Positions 21,655-32,236 of a DNA stretch of 64,000 nt are shown piece by piece. The translations under genes and the position numbers were made by a program. The stretch is from the NCBI GenBank assembly GCA_000091205.1, contig AP006490.2. One strand, written 5' to 3'. Position 1 is the first letter of the stretch; the number at the start of each line of letters is the position of its first letter. This DNA comes from Cyanidioschyzon merolae. Lineage: Eukaryota. A model generated the notes under the pieces. The model was not told where the DNA came from and did no database searches. It saw only the letters and a list, made by a program, of their open reading frames with translations.

Positions 21655-22077
21655 CTACGACGCAGAAGTCTTTGTTTCAGATCGGAGTCGTCCCAGTTCA
21701 TGTTTGATGAGCTGGCTGCGTCGCTTCCTTGCAACCATCACGCGAAACCGATCAAAGTCGGTTAACCGGGCACGCACTCGTTGCTTTTCAACCTTTTGAC
21801 CCCATGCAGTTTCCCGGAAACGCTGCACAGCCTGCTGCGCCTCAAGAGCTTTCCGTACGACGCTCGTTTTGCAAGCACGAGGCAACTTAACGACCACGTC
21901 CGTCAACTTCAAGCGCTTCACGTTGATGACCGTACGAGGGACTCCGGAGTCGGCCGTGGCATCAATCACAACATGACCCTGATCCTGGATATCCACGATA
22001 ACACAGATCTTGTCAGCATGCTCACCGTAGCTGATAATACACAGTCGGCCAACTTCCACAAACCTTTTGAAAGCCAT
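21655..22077 (-). CDS. RPL14: 60S ribosomal protein L14e (eL14)
   Basis: 'MAFKRFVEVGRLCIISYGEHADKICVIVDIQDQGHVVIDA...RARLTDFDRFRVMVARKRR' aligns with eL14 (MVFKRFVEIGRV...KMTDFDRFKVMKAKK). Confidence 0.9.
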   Translation of the reverse strand: MAFKRFVEVGRLCIISYGEHADKICVIVDIQDQGHVVIDATADSGVPRTVINVKRLKLTDVVVKLPRACKTSVVRKALEAQQAVQRFRETAWGQKVEKQRVRARLTDFDRFRVMVARKRRSQLIKHELGRLRSETKTSAS

Positions 22078-22344
22078 TCCTGTTCGTGTGAACTGCGTAC
22101 CAGCGAGGCAACGCGGTAAGGAGCTAGTTGCAAAAGCACGCGCGCCCGTCGTGGACGACCATGCAGGCGTCCGCCGATCGATCGGCGGCTCATGTGGGAT
22201 AAACCTGAATCTTTAGGAACAAAAATGATAATTGTGGAATGAAACTGACACACAGCACGTATGACGTCGACGGGTACTTCCAGCTGCGAGGCTTGACGTA
22301 CATGCTTCGTTTCGTGCGGGGCGTCACGCGTGACCACAGCGTTC

Positions 22345-23022
22345 ATGAACAGCGGGGCTGTCGGTCTCTGGCGGCGACAGACCTGGGCTCTTTCTGCGCT
22401 TTCACGGGCTGCTACAGGGCTATGTCCAGCCCTGCGGCCGCTTGCAACTGAGGCGACTGACACCAACGGCAGTAGCGTCGGCAGCGGCGGCAACGGCCAA
22501 ACGGCTGCAACGGGCAGGCCTGAGGACGTTTCCGCAGAACGAACGTCGGTCACTGCACCGCCACAGTCGTTCCCAGTAGCTGCGGAGCTCGTCGGCATAC
22601 CGCGAAACGTTTACGACTCGTTGCCAGAACCTGTGCAGACGGCACTGCTCGCGGAGTTCGCCACAGGGGAACAGCTCCAGACCTGGCGGGAGCGCGTTGC
22701 AGTGAGAGCCTTTCAGCGACACGAACTCGACACGGGCTCTCCCGAGGTGCAGATCGCTATTCTGACCACTCGCATAGCGAACCTGACCCGACACTTGCGA
22801 CTCCATAGGAAAGACGTGAGGACGAAACGAAGCCTGGAGCATATCGTCGCACAACGCCGAAGACTTTTGCGATACTTGTTTCGCACAGAACCAGGGCGCT
22901 ATGAGGACACCGTGGAGCGACTCGGTATTCGCTCGGGTTCTCTTGTGGATCCACAGACAGAACGTCGTGCACGTCGACCCGGTGATCTGAGTGTACCCAC
23001 CGGCAACCGTAATCGACCTTGA
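22345..23022 (+). CDS. MRPS15: mitochondrial ribosomal protein S15 (uS15m)
   Basis: 'FQRHELDTGSPEVQIAILTTRIANLTRHLRLHRKDVRTKRSLEHIVAQRRRLLRYL...RYEDTVERLGIR' = uS15 signature; N-terminal presequence; track start 22330 is GTG, first ATG 22345. Confidence 0.7.
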   Translation: MNSGAVGLWRRQTWALSALSRAATGLCPALRPLATEATDTNGSSVGSGGNGQTAATGRPEDVSAERTSVTAPPQSFPVAAELVGIPRNVYDSLPEPVQTALLAEFATGEQLQTWRERVAVRAFQRHELDTGSPEVQIAILTTRIANLTRHLRLHRKDVRTKRSLEHIVAQRRRLLRYLFRTEPGRYEDTVERLGIRSGSLVDPQTERRARRPGDLSVPTGNRNRP

Positions 23023-24204
23023 GCATGACACCACATGATCGCTGCAGGTCTCTAGATGAGGGCAGTACCGACCCACGTCGACGTCGTCGTGTTGGTAGAA
23101 AAAAAAGCCATGCGAAGAGAATGATGCGCTGATGAATGCGCTCCCAGCAAGAATGCATACTGCCGGGAGGCGTTTTGCGCTACGTTGGACGCCTACGAAA
23201 GGGGCGAGAGCGGCGGCCCTGGCAGTGAACCGTTGGCGCTGCTTCGGCGCTGTTGGATGAGGTGCTTTGAACCAATCCAAGCGCTTTCCAAGTCGGTCAG
23301 AGATGACGGCGACAACAGAATTGAATAGAATTGAGAGGTACTCGTGTCTACCCCGGTTGTCGTTCTGGTGCTGGCGGCAGGCAATATCGGTTTCAGCCGT
23401 AAACGCTTCGCTGCATTCCTGGTCGAGCAGCAGCAGACTCGCGTCGAGCTGATCTACGAGGTCGTTTCTGCCGCTCCAGACACAGACACACACACACACA
23501 GAGCCATATGCGCTGTGACTTTTCCCTGTCCAAGCTTTTGTTCTGCGTTCTTCGAGACAGTTATGGGCCAAATAGCTCCTGATGCTCTGTTGCAGTTCCT
23601 GTCGACGCCATTGTCGAGCATCCTTTGCCGCAGGTCAGGACGAGGATCGCTCGTCCTCAGAGTGAATCCGACGGCCGGTGGCGCCGCTCGTTGTGCCCAC
23701 TCGACCCTTCCCGTAGAGGTCGTTGCCACCGATGAGCACCAAGTCTGAAGCACCGGCGCCACGCACCGCCGGCGTTCGGCTGCGAGTGCTAGGTTTTCGC
23801 TCCCTCTCGGGTTTGTACACGAACCAGTAGAAAACTGCGCCCGCAATCGACCAAGCAAGCAGGTTCCTGCTAAGCGGAAGCTGAAACCCCATGGCCACGT
23901 CCAGCACGTTTACCAAACAAACTCTAGTTCTATTCAGGGACGCCTTTTTTCCTCGACAAAGCGAACGAGGTACCGCGACCAAACCCAGTTAGCCAGCGTA
24001 CGCTATCGCGTCGCTTGGTCGCTGCGTGAACCGCACGAAACCTGCTGCTCCTGTGGAAGTGTACTCGACTCGGACGAAAACTGACTGCCAGTGTCACGAG
24101 AACCCTGCGCGAATTATTTTCATGGACAAAACGTTTCCTTAGGCCAGCGATCTCCGATTATGCGCTTTTCCTTTCTTTTTGTGTTTTTTCTCAGTGCACG
24201 GTGA

Positions 24205-24400
24205 AGTATCCATCAAACCCCTACCTCCAATTTACATTTCCTATACTTCATCTCGGATATTCTGGTCATCTCACAAGTCCTATCGTGTGCCGAGCCTGCC
24301 GAAAGAGACCGCAATGGCGCGTGTAGCATCGGTGCGGTCGCTGCACGGAGACAGGACGGCGTTGCCGTACCACACAGAGGGCGTCGACTTGAGGCGTGGT
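24205..24400 (+). repeat. about 200-bp dispersed repeat R2, copy b
   Basis: see 19385-19590. Confidence 0.5.
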
Positions 24401-26189
24401 ATCGAGAGTGTCCCTGTTGTCTCGTCTTCTGGGGTCACCAGTATCATCCACTACGCAGGGATACCGTCGATGCCAGGTGTTTTGCGGTTGCTTGAGCATA
24501 GCACGGTCCGAACAGATTCAGGCCAGAAGATTGGGTCGTTCCATTCCGGTACCGGGTCGAGGCGCGGTAGTTGTGCAGCATATCGGTGCCAATAGATTCT
24601 GTCCTGGCAGTGCCCAGTTGCGTCTTCATGCAGCTCTGTCCAGTGGTCTGTGCAGGCCTCATTCACTGAGGCACTCTCCGTCCTCAGCGCCTCCTTTTAA
24701 CAGTTGGTGTGAGCCCCAGGCACTTTTTTGGTGGGTCCAGTCTCGATCGAATATAGCGCCAGGTCTCATTCTCGTTGGTGCTCTCTAGCATAGATTTCGC
24801 CAGGGAGGCGATTTTGCGGTTTCGATCCTCTCGTTTGTCTTCTCTGGGAAGTTTCTTCTTTCTTTTGATAGCATCCTCATGTTCCGCCTGTAGCGCCGGT
24901 AGCGCTGCCTTCGGTTCCTCTTCTCCGGCGTTGGCATGTATGGCGGTGCGGTTGACGATCTTGTTGAGTCGGTGGCATTCATCATTCCGAGTTTTGGTAC
25001 GTCGTTTCAAGAACTGAGGTTTGCAACTGTTGTGTTCTGGTCCAAGCAGTCCCAGCTCTCTGGCAATCTTCTGATTCCCATCTACAAACTCGCGTCCTAG
25101 TTGGTCTCAAAATCTGCATGCACGGCTTTTCGGATCTACAGCGCTGTGAGTAAGTGACTGGGTTTGGCGACGGCTTTCTTGGGTTCCCGCTGGGGCACTC
25201 TTTCAGGGGATCACTCATGATGGGTTCGTTCGGGAGTTCTTCTCTCTATTCTTCTGTTTTTTCTTGTTGGTCTTCTTCTTCTTCGGGCTCTTTCCTGAGC
25301 TGCTTTCTCTGGATATTTTGCATCTAGGTGGATCATGAGGTTTCTGTGCCTCCTTCTCCGTATCTGGTTGGGTCTCTTTACCTAACGCAGAGTCCTCCAC
25401 TTGTATCAGTTCTTCGTTACAGTACTGGTAATTCGATATCTCGTCGTCTAGTATCGAGGCTGTCCCACAAATATTCCATGATGCGAAACTTATCGAGTCG
25501 TGGCGCGTAAGGGAATAGGAGTAACGCTGCGGTGCTCCAGAGATACGTCGTCGATTTAGGTGCACCCTCGACGAGGTGTGTGAACGCACATGCCACAAGC
25601 GCCTCCCGCATTCCAGTCGTTCATTGAGTGCTTGGCGCAGCGCTAGCATAGAATCAGAAGTACTCTAGTCAAGGTCGATTCGAATGCGACCGTTACGCTG
25701 CCGGACGCGTGAAGCTACCCGCAACCACAGGGGATACTCTATGAACCACCCTTTCAGCAGCTTCGTGTCCGCTCCCCAAATACATAGGCGGGCAAGTCGC
25801 TTATTCCAGCTTCGACCGCGAACATGCTGCCAGCCGTCTTCCAAAATATCCGCCGAGATTGTTTCCAAAGTTGAGGTAGGTACCCATGGTAGGTGGTAAA
25901 ACGGAGCCCGAGTTCGAGGATGGATCTAGGATTTGCGCCCGAACCTGCAGCGTTATTTCGAGAGCAGCGGATAACTACTCAGAATTCTCGTCAATATTTT
26001 CTGCTGCTACTGCCTCCGCCCCTCCGTTCGTTGCGGTCAAGGTCCGTGTCGTGGGCTCCCTTCGTTGTCGCACGAACACCACGGTTTAACCCACTTTCAG
26101 AGCTTCTGCGGAAAAACTGGACCCCTTAGGCGGGCGTGATGTGTAGAGCTTTAAGATAGTTGGTCTTTAATAAATAGTTTGCGACTAGT

Positions 26190-28950
26190 TTGCATTGCGC
26201 TCGGTGAGCACGCCTGGGAGATCCGGCAGGCATGAGACACGACGCACATGTTGCCGTTGAAGGGGAACGTGATCCTGATCTCTAGCATGTAGATCTAATG
26301 TAAAAGTTGTAATTTCTTTAACTTCATAGCCAAGTACAGTTTTTCAGTTCATTTTTGTTTCAAACCTCAAGTAAAAATATTCAATTGATTTTTAGCAGTA
26401 TATAATAGAAGCGTTCAAAGAGCGTCCTTTTTCACAAAACAAAAAAGGAAAGTCATGAAAAAGCAAGTTCACGATTCTAGAGGCCCAGGGTCGCCGGCTG
26501 CCAGAAAAAAACAAAAAACAGTGCCGAGTCCAGAAGAAAAGGAAGAGAAGAAGGACCGAAAGGGGAGGTCGTACGTCGAAGGCGGCAAGATAGACGGCTG
26601 TACGACGAGATGGTGGTGAAAACCTTTCTTCTTGGACATATCAAGGATCCCTACAGAGAAAAGTTGCGAGACGCTATCAAAAAACGTGTCGACTCATACT
26701 CCAAGAGTATTGTCAAGGCGTCGTCAGGACTGATGCATTTGGCGAGGGAGATGTATCGCGACGTGACGGACATGGAAACGGTCGAGATTCCAGACGAGTT
26801 CTTCGACAAGACCTTTATTCGTCAGCTGATGCTTGGTACAGAGGAAACGCGGAAGGAAAATGAGCGGGTTCACGCTCTTCACGAAAACTTCGCGGAATTC
26901 CGCTTCGAGAGTAATCGATACAGAGGTGATCGGGATATTTAGACATACGGAGCGAAAACGCACATCACGAGTCTGAAGTACCATTTGACAGTGAACCTCG
27001 AACGTTTCATGATACGCGCCGTGGTTGCACTCTACCCGGGCATCTCTCGCAAAGGAATATGGGCGATTATCAATGGCATCACGAAAGATCGTAAGCATGA
27101 AGATGAGATCGAATGCGTCGACAAGCAGGCGTCAAACGAGGGCACGAATGAGGATTCTGTAATCCGTGCGGCTAAACAAGAGCATCGTGCGGTACTGGGG
27201 CTGGCGAATCCAACAGACAAGATATCGGAGTTGAAAAAAGAAAGATATTATCGCCTCGTCCTGCTCTATTTCGTGTTTCTGGACCGAGAGCTCGAACGCA
27301 AAGCAGAGATGAAGCTGAGCGAAGAGATAAATGAAGAGTGGGAGAGACGGAAGGCTGTCCTAATGGGGAAGCGCTTCAACGTGGTTCCAATGTCAAATAT
27401 CAAGTCACATTTTGTGACGATCGACTCCAGAGTCCTTTATGGCATCATGAAGGAGATCAGTCCGGAGTTCGATGTTAGCAGGGAGGAGTTCACCAGCGGA
27501 AACCGGCAGACATGCTGGAAGAGTATCTTCGATTTCAAACGTCTCAAAGTCAGCAAACGAAAGGTATTCACTGGGATGATCGAGACCGATGGAGTAGCCT
27601 TGTGTGTACACTATCGGCGATTGAAGAAAGATCGTCCAGTTCCGCCCTCGGCTGCGCCTGTGACGAAGGATGCAGAAAACAAAGAGGAAGATCCTGCGAC
27701 GCAGGAGGTGGAGGATAACGACATTGTCGTTGACGTGACGAAGGATGAAGATGAGAAGGTGACGGATCCTGCGACACAGGAGGTGCAAGATAACGACCAT
27801 GTCGTTGATGCGGCGAAGCATGAAGATGAGAAGGAGGAGGATACCGCGACGCAGAAAGTGCAGGATAACGACTTTGTCGTTGACGTGGCGCAGCATGAAG
27901 ATGAGAAGGAGGCGGATCCTGCGGTGCAGAAAGTGCAAGATAACGGCTTTGTTGCTGGCGCGGACCCCGGGAATACGAATATCATCACCATCGCAGCACC
28001 GAGGCGTGCGGAAGATGGTACTGACGGTTCCTTGCGTCAGAAAGACTTGCGTCTTTTGAGGTTCTCGAGAGCAAGATACTATCGAGAATCGGGAATCATG
28101 AATGCGAGGAAGAAAATTCCTGCATGGAATGCAGGAATGAAGGATCACCTGGAAGCTTTGAGCGAGGTGACGAGCCGAGGAGCAGACTTTCAAGCTTTTC
28201 GGAAATTCATGGAAGTTCGCATTGCGCGTTGGCATGCACTGTGGGAGGAGTATACCAAGCCTCTGTGGGCTCGTCTGCGAATGAGTCTATACGGCGGGAG
28301 GCAGCGCGCGCTCGCGAACTTTTTCAATGAGTTGAGCGCACTCAAAGAGGATGAGAGTCAGAGGCTCGTAGTAGCATACGGAGCAGGGCGCTGGAAGACC
28401 CAAAAAGGGACTACGCCAGCTCCAACGACAAGAACTTACAAGGAGTGTGCAAGGCGTTTTGTTACGATACCTGTACATGAGTTTCGAACGTCCTATACAC
28501 ACCATGAACTGGGGTGTACACTTCAGAGGGTCGAGATGGAAAAGTGCCAACGGGGTCCTGAGGAAATAGGAAAGCACGGAGAGGTGACTGAGCAGCAAAT
28601 GGAAAGGAGGGCGAAAGTGCGAGGGCTACTTGCATTAGCAAATACAACCACTGATGGCAAGGAACGTATGGAGTTTGTGAATCGTGACCTTAATGCCGCT
28701 ATCAATATAAGGTGATGTGCGGTGCTCGAGAGCAGATCTCCAGAGTCGACAAAAGAAAACGTTATTGGCCAGCCTCTAAAAGTTGAACTATATGAGAAAC
28801 AATTGGAAGCAGTGGCAGGTGGCCGCTCCAAAAAGACTGGCAGCCATCAGCACGTCAGTTGGAGATGTCTAGCCTAGGGCGCGGTTGCCGCCACTACTGT
28901 ACCACAGGCAGCAACGTTTTTCTTTTGAAAGACGTTTGTTTCCAGGGGTA
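26190..28950 (+). mobile_element. Fanzor/TnpB-like (IS605 OrfB-type) element, copy A, about 2.75 kb
   Basis: Left end defined by alignment with copy D ('GCATYGCGCTCGGTGAGC...ATGAGACACGACGC...'), right end by shared '...GCAGCAACGTTTTTCTTTTGAAAG...'; AT-rich 5' leader; single nuclease ORF; lower GC than flanks. Confidence 0.6.
26610..28715 (+). pseudogene. Fanzor/TnpB-like RuvC nuclease gene, copy A (one in-frame stop at about 26943, N-terminal ATG lost)
   Basis: RuvC-I '[16 protein letters not shown]'; 'QRLVVAYGAGRWK'; degenerate Zn finger 'CARRFVTIPVHEFRTSYTHHELGCTLQ...EKCQ'; RuvC-III 'ERMEFVNRDLNAAINIR'; four about 23-aa acidic tandem repeats before RuvC-I. Confidence 0.6.
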
Positions 28951-29146
28951 CGCTCTCGTACACCACCGTTCAGTACAGTGCAGTGCAGTGCAGTTTGGTA
29001 CAGAGTACTGCTCATCAAGTGAACACAAGGTCTAGCTACGCTCTTCGTGCACAGGCACTACGCAGAGCTACCGAAGAAAGTGTAGGAACCCTGTACAGAC
29101 TCAGAGCGCTGGAAGAGAGAAAAGGCTCTGACACGTAGTCGGCAAT

Positions 29147-31003
29147 ATGCTCGTGAAGGCTCCGCTTCCGACTGCTGAGGAGCTGCCGCAGGCCAAGGGC
29201 GCAGCGCACACGGTTGGGAGCAGCACGCCCACCGATGTGCAGGATACAGACCGTGCACTGGACCTGGAGAACCTGAACCTGGACTCCAACACGGAAGTGT
29301 CTCTGATAGCCGCGGACTTGCCCCCAGAAAGCGACGAGGGTAACACGGAGTACAAGCGGCAGCTGGTGCAGCCGTCACCCCAACGTTTCGCAGAGCTGGT
29401 GACACAACTCAAGTACCGCATGGCAGCGGGGCACGGGGAAGCTATGTACCAGCTAGGGTACGACGATGACGGACGCGCACGTGGTGTTCCAGAGGACGTT
29501 TTGGAGGCCTCAATTGAGACCGTGGAACGCATGGCTGCAGAGCTCCGAGCAGACGCCACCGTGTGGCGACGGGCTCGCGGACGCGACGGCTGGGTCGCAC
29601 AGCTGCTCATTCGAGCGCGACCGCGAAGCTGCGAAGAGTTTACGGATACTCGTATTTGTGTATCTGGCAATGTGGACGCGGGCAAGTCCTCTCTTCTCGG
29701 TGTATTGTGCGGAACCGGCCAACTCGATAACGGACGAGGTCTGGCACGAGCGCAGGTCCTGACACATAAACACGAGCTGGAGAGCGGGCGCACCTCGGCG
29801 ATTAGCATGCAGCTCATGGGATTCGACAGCGCCGGTCATGTGGTGAACTACACGAACGTTACCACGAATCGCCAGCTATCCTGGGCTGAGATCGTCACAA
29901 ATTCATCCAAACTAATCACGTTTTGTGATCTCGCCGGGCACGAAAAGTACCTCAAAACGACAATGTTCGGCCTAACGGCACATGCACCAGACTATTGTAT
30001 GATGGTCGTTGCCTTGAATCAAGGCGTGCTGCGAATGACCCAGGAACACTTTGCTATAGCACTTGCGCTCAAGATTCCAGTTTTTGTTGTTTTCTCCAAG
30101 AGTGACCTGGCACCTGCCAACGTTGCCGAGCATACCATCAGCGTCATGACGCGTATGCTCAAGTCGAGCGGTGCTCGCAAAATCCCCGTCCTGGTGAACT
30201 CCCTGGATGAGGTGAGCATCTGCGCGCGAAATATCCCGAACGACCGCATGGTACCGATGTTTGTGGTCAGCAATGTTACCGGAGCCGGACTCGATCTACT
30301 GCGAGCGTTTCTGAACCTGTTGCCATGGCGTCACGACTGGAACGAGCGGAAGAAGAGCGCTTTTGCCGAGTTCACCGTCGATGATCACTTCAGCGTACCA
30401 GGAGTTGGCACAGTTGTTTCGGGCGTGTGCCTGCGCGGTGTTCTCCAGCAGGGACAGAGCGTTTTTCTGGGACCCGATCGACATGGTCATTTCGCGCGCA
30501 TTGCGATCAAGTCCATCCACTACAAAAGGGTCCCTGTGCAGCGACTATATGCCGGTCAGTCGGGATCGTTGGCGCTCAAGAAAATTCGCCGTGAGCGTGT
30601 TCGCAAAGGCATGGTGGTGCTGAGCACCGCTGGCTTCTCCAACGGAGCCAAGTCGGGGTCGTCACCGGCAGCGTCCGGAAACGGGAATACGCCGACGACG
30701 CCCGTATCTGTCATCGAGTTCGAAGCGGATGTTGCGCTCATGTACCACAGCACGAGCGTCCGGGCGGGCTACCAACCGATCGTTCACTGCAGTACGATCC
30801 GGCAGGCCGCCCAGGTGACCTGGATGGATCGCGACGTGGTGCGCATGGGTGAGCGTGCACGCGCTCAGTTTCGCTTCCTCTACCGCCCTGAATGGCTCCG
30901 GGTCGGTGATCGTTTCTGTTTTCGTGAAGGAAGGACCAAAGGTATTGGTCATGTGACGCGCCTTGTGGAGTGCTGGACTCGTGACCTCATCACGATAAAT
31001 TGA
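29147..31003 (+). CDS. GTPBP1-family translational GTPase
   Basis: 'DEGNTEYKRQL' N-terminal signature of GTPBP1/2; G1 'GNVDAGKSSLLG', G3 'DLAGHEKY', G4 'SKSD'; beta-barrel domains 2/3. Confidence 0.8.
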   Translation: MLVKAPLPTAEELPQAKGAAHTVGSSTPTDVQDTDRALDLENLNLDSNTEVSLIAADLPPESDEGNTEYKRQLVQPSPQRFAELVTQLKYRMAAGHGEAMYQLGYDDDGRARGVPEDVLEASIETVERMAAELRADATVWRRARGRDGWVAQLLIRARPRSCEEFTDTRICVSGNVDAGKSSLLGVLCGTGQLDNGRGLARAQVLTHKHELESGRTSAISMQLMGFDSAGHVVNYTNVTTNRQLSWAEIVTNSSKLITFCDLAGHEKYLKTTMFGLTAHAPDYCMMVVALNQGVLRMTQEHFAIALALKIPVFVVFSKSDLAPANVAEHTISVMTRMLKSSGARKIPVLVNSLDEVSICARNIPNDRMVPMFVVSNVTGAGLDLLRAFLNLLPWRHDWNERKKSAFAEFTVDDHFSVPGVGTVVSGVCLRGVLQQGQSVFLGPDRHGHFARIAIKSIHYKRVPVQRLYAGQSGSLALKKIRRERVRKGMVVLSTAGFSNGAKSGSSPAASGNGNTPTTPVSVIEFEADVALMYHSTSVRAGYQPIVHCSTIRQAAQVTWMDRDVVRMGERARAQFRFLYRPEWLRVGDRFCFREGRTKGIGHVTRLVECWTRDLITIN

Positions 31004-31448
31004 GATGGAGTTGCGAAGCGGGCTGCAGCACATTTTGAGCAGCGCTCCAGAGAAGCTACGCTGGCGGTGGCACGCTTACCACGAATGCAGCGCAGAACGG
31101 TAATTGATGCGGGAAGCACGACGCTGTGAAGCTTTGTGTTGCATGATGCGGCATGTATCCGGGGCTTTGGTTGTGAGGAAAATGCGGGTTCAGGCGCTCT
31201 TGAGGCGTTGACAGTGCAAAGCATGTTCATTCGAGGTACATTGTCCGTGCGATATGGTTGCGGGCTCGCACATCTGGAGGAGGACTCTACGGGACTCGAG
31301 CTATCGGTGATGCAAGACCCGGGGGTACGAAAGCTAGCTGGCTAGCTAGCTGGCTGAGCGCCGAGGCCCCCTGCAGGACAACCTGGTGCATATTTGTGCA
31401 AGTCCTCGCAAATCGCTCGACAAGACATGCGGCCTCGTGTCTGGAACT

Positions 31449-32236
31449 GCACGCGTATCAGATGCCGCGGGAATACCAGACCGCTGGCTCTATTCCTGCT
31501 TTGCGATCTTTTCGGAGCCTGTTCAGACTTATTGTCTCTATTTTCAAATTTAAGCGATAAGGGCTTACGGATTCAGATGCAGTTCTAGGATGCTGTGTCG
31601 TCGTTTCGGAGACGTTCGTTCGAGTCTCTCTGCCACTGCAACTCGTTACGTCAGTGGAATCAAGATGCTACGCGGCATTCCGGAATGTGCGTTCGTAAAA
31701 TAACCGACAGCATGATGCCGTGCATGTGAGCAAGCTTCCGTGCTTCTTGTTGCTCCATGAAACACCGCCATGAACTCGTTCACATGGGTCATCGCAGCGA
31801 TAACTTCCAGCAGGGCGTGCGTCGACGTTTTGCATGAAGCGACCAGAGACGCATCGAAGTTTCGTGACGTGGTATCCAGCGTGGATTCCCATTCCTCTAC
31901 CAGTTCTATCATGGGCAACGTCGAGTTTCACAAATCCTCGGTCGAATTGAATGGAGCGTGCTTGCGCGTGCAGCTGGCACAGTGCTCGCCGAACAGATCG
32001 CCCAGAGGCGTCCCGTGATCACGGGGTACTCCAGCGGGCGCGGCAACGGAGCGGGGGCATCCACGGAATCCTTCCGTGCTCGTCGAGGGCATGGATCGAC
32101 TGTTAGCACAGGCGTTCATGTGTCACAGGGCGGTGTTCAGAAGAGGAGATGCGGCGAACGCGTGAGAACACCAGACCCCAGTCAAGCGCTGCGGATGCAT
32201 ATGGCGCACTGAGGCCGTCTACAACGAGAAATACAT
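31449..32236 (+). repeat. about 790-bp dispersed repeat R1, copy 1
   Basis: Near-identical (a handful of mismatches) to 48079-48856, same orientation, offset 16630 bp; ORF track shows identical short ORFs in both copies. Confidence 0.8.

Noticed and set aside
22420-23571. 383-aa minus-strand ORF
   Set aside because: Overlaps the well-supported mito-RPS15 gene antisense; no motifs.
31646-32119. Overlapping 60-90-aa ORFs inside repeat R1 as protein-coding genes
   Set aside because: Multiple overlapping frames on both strands, no motifs; identical in both copies simply because the DNA is identical.
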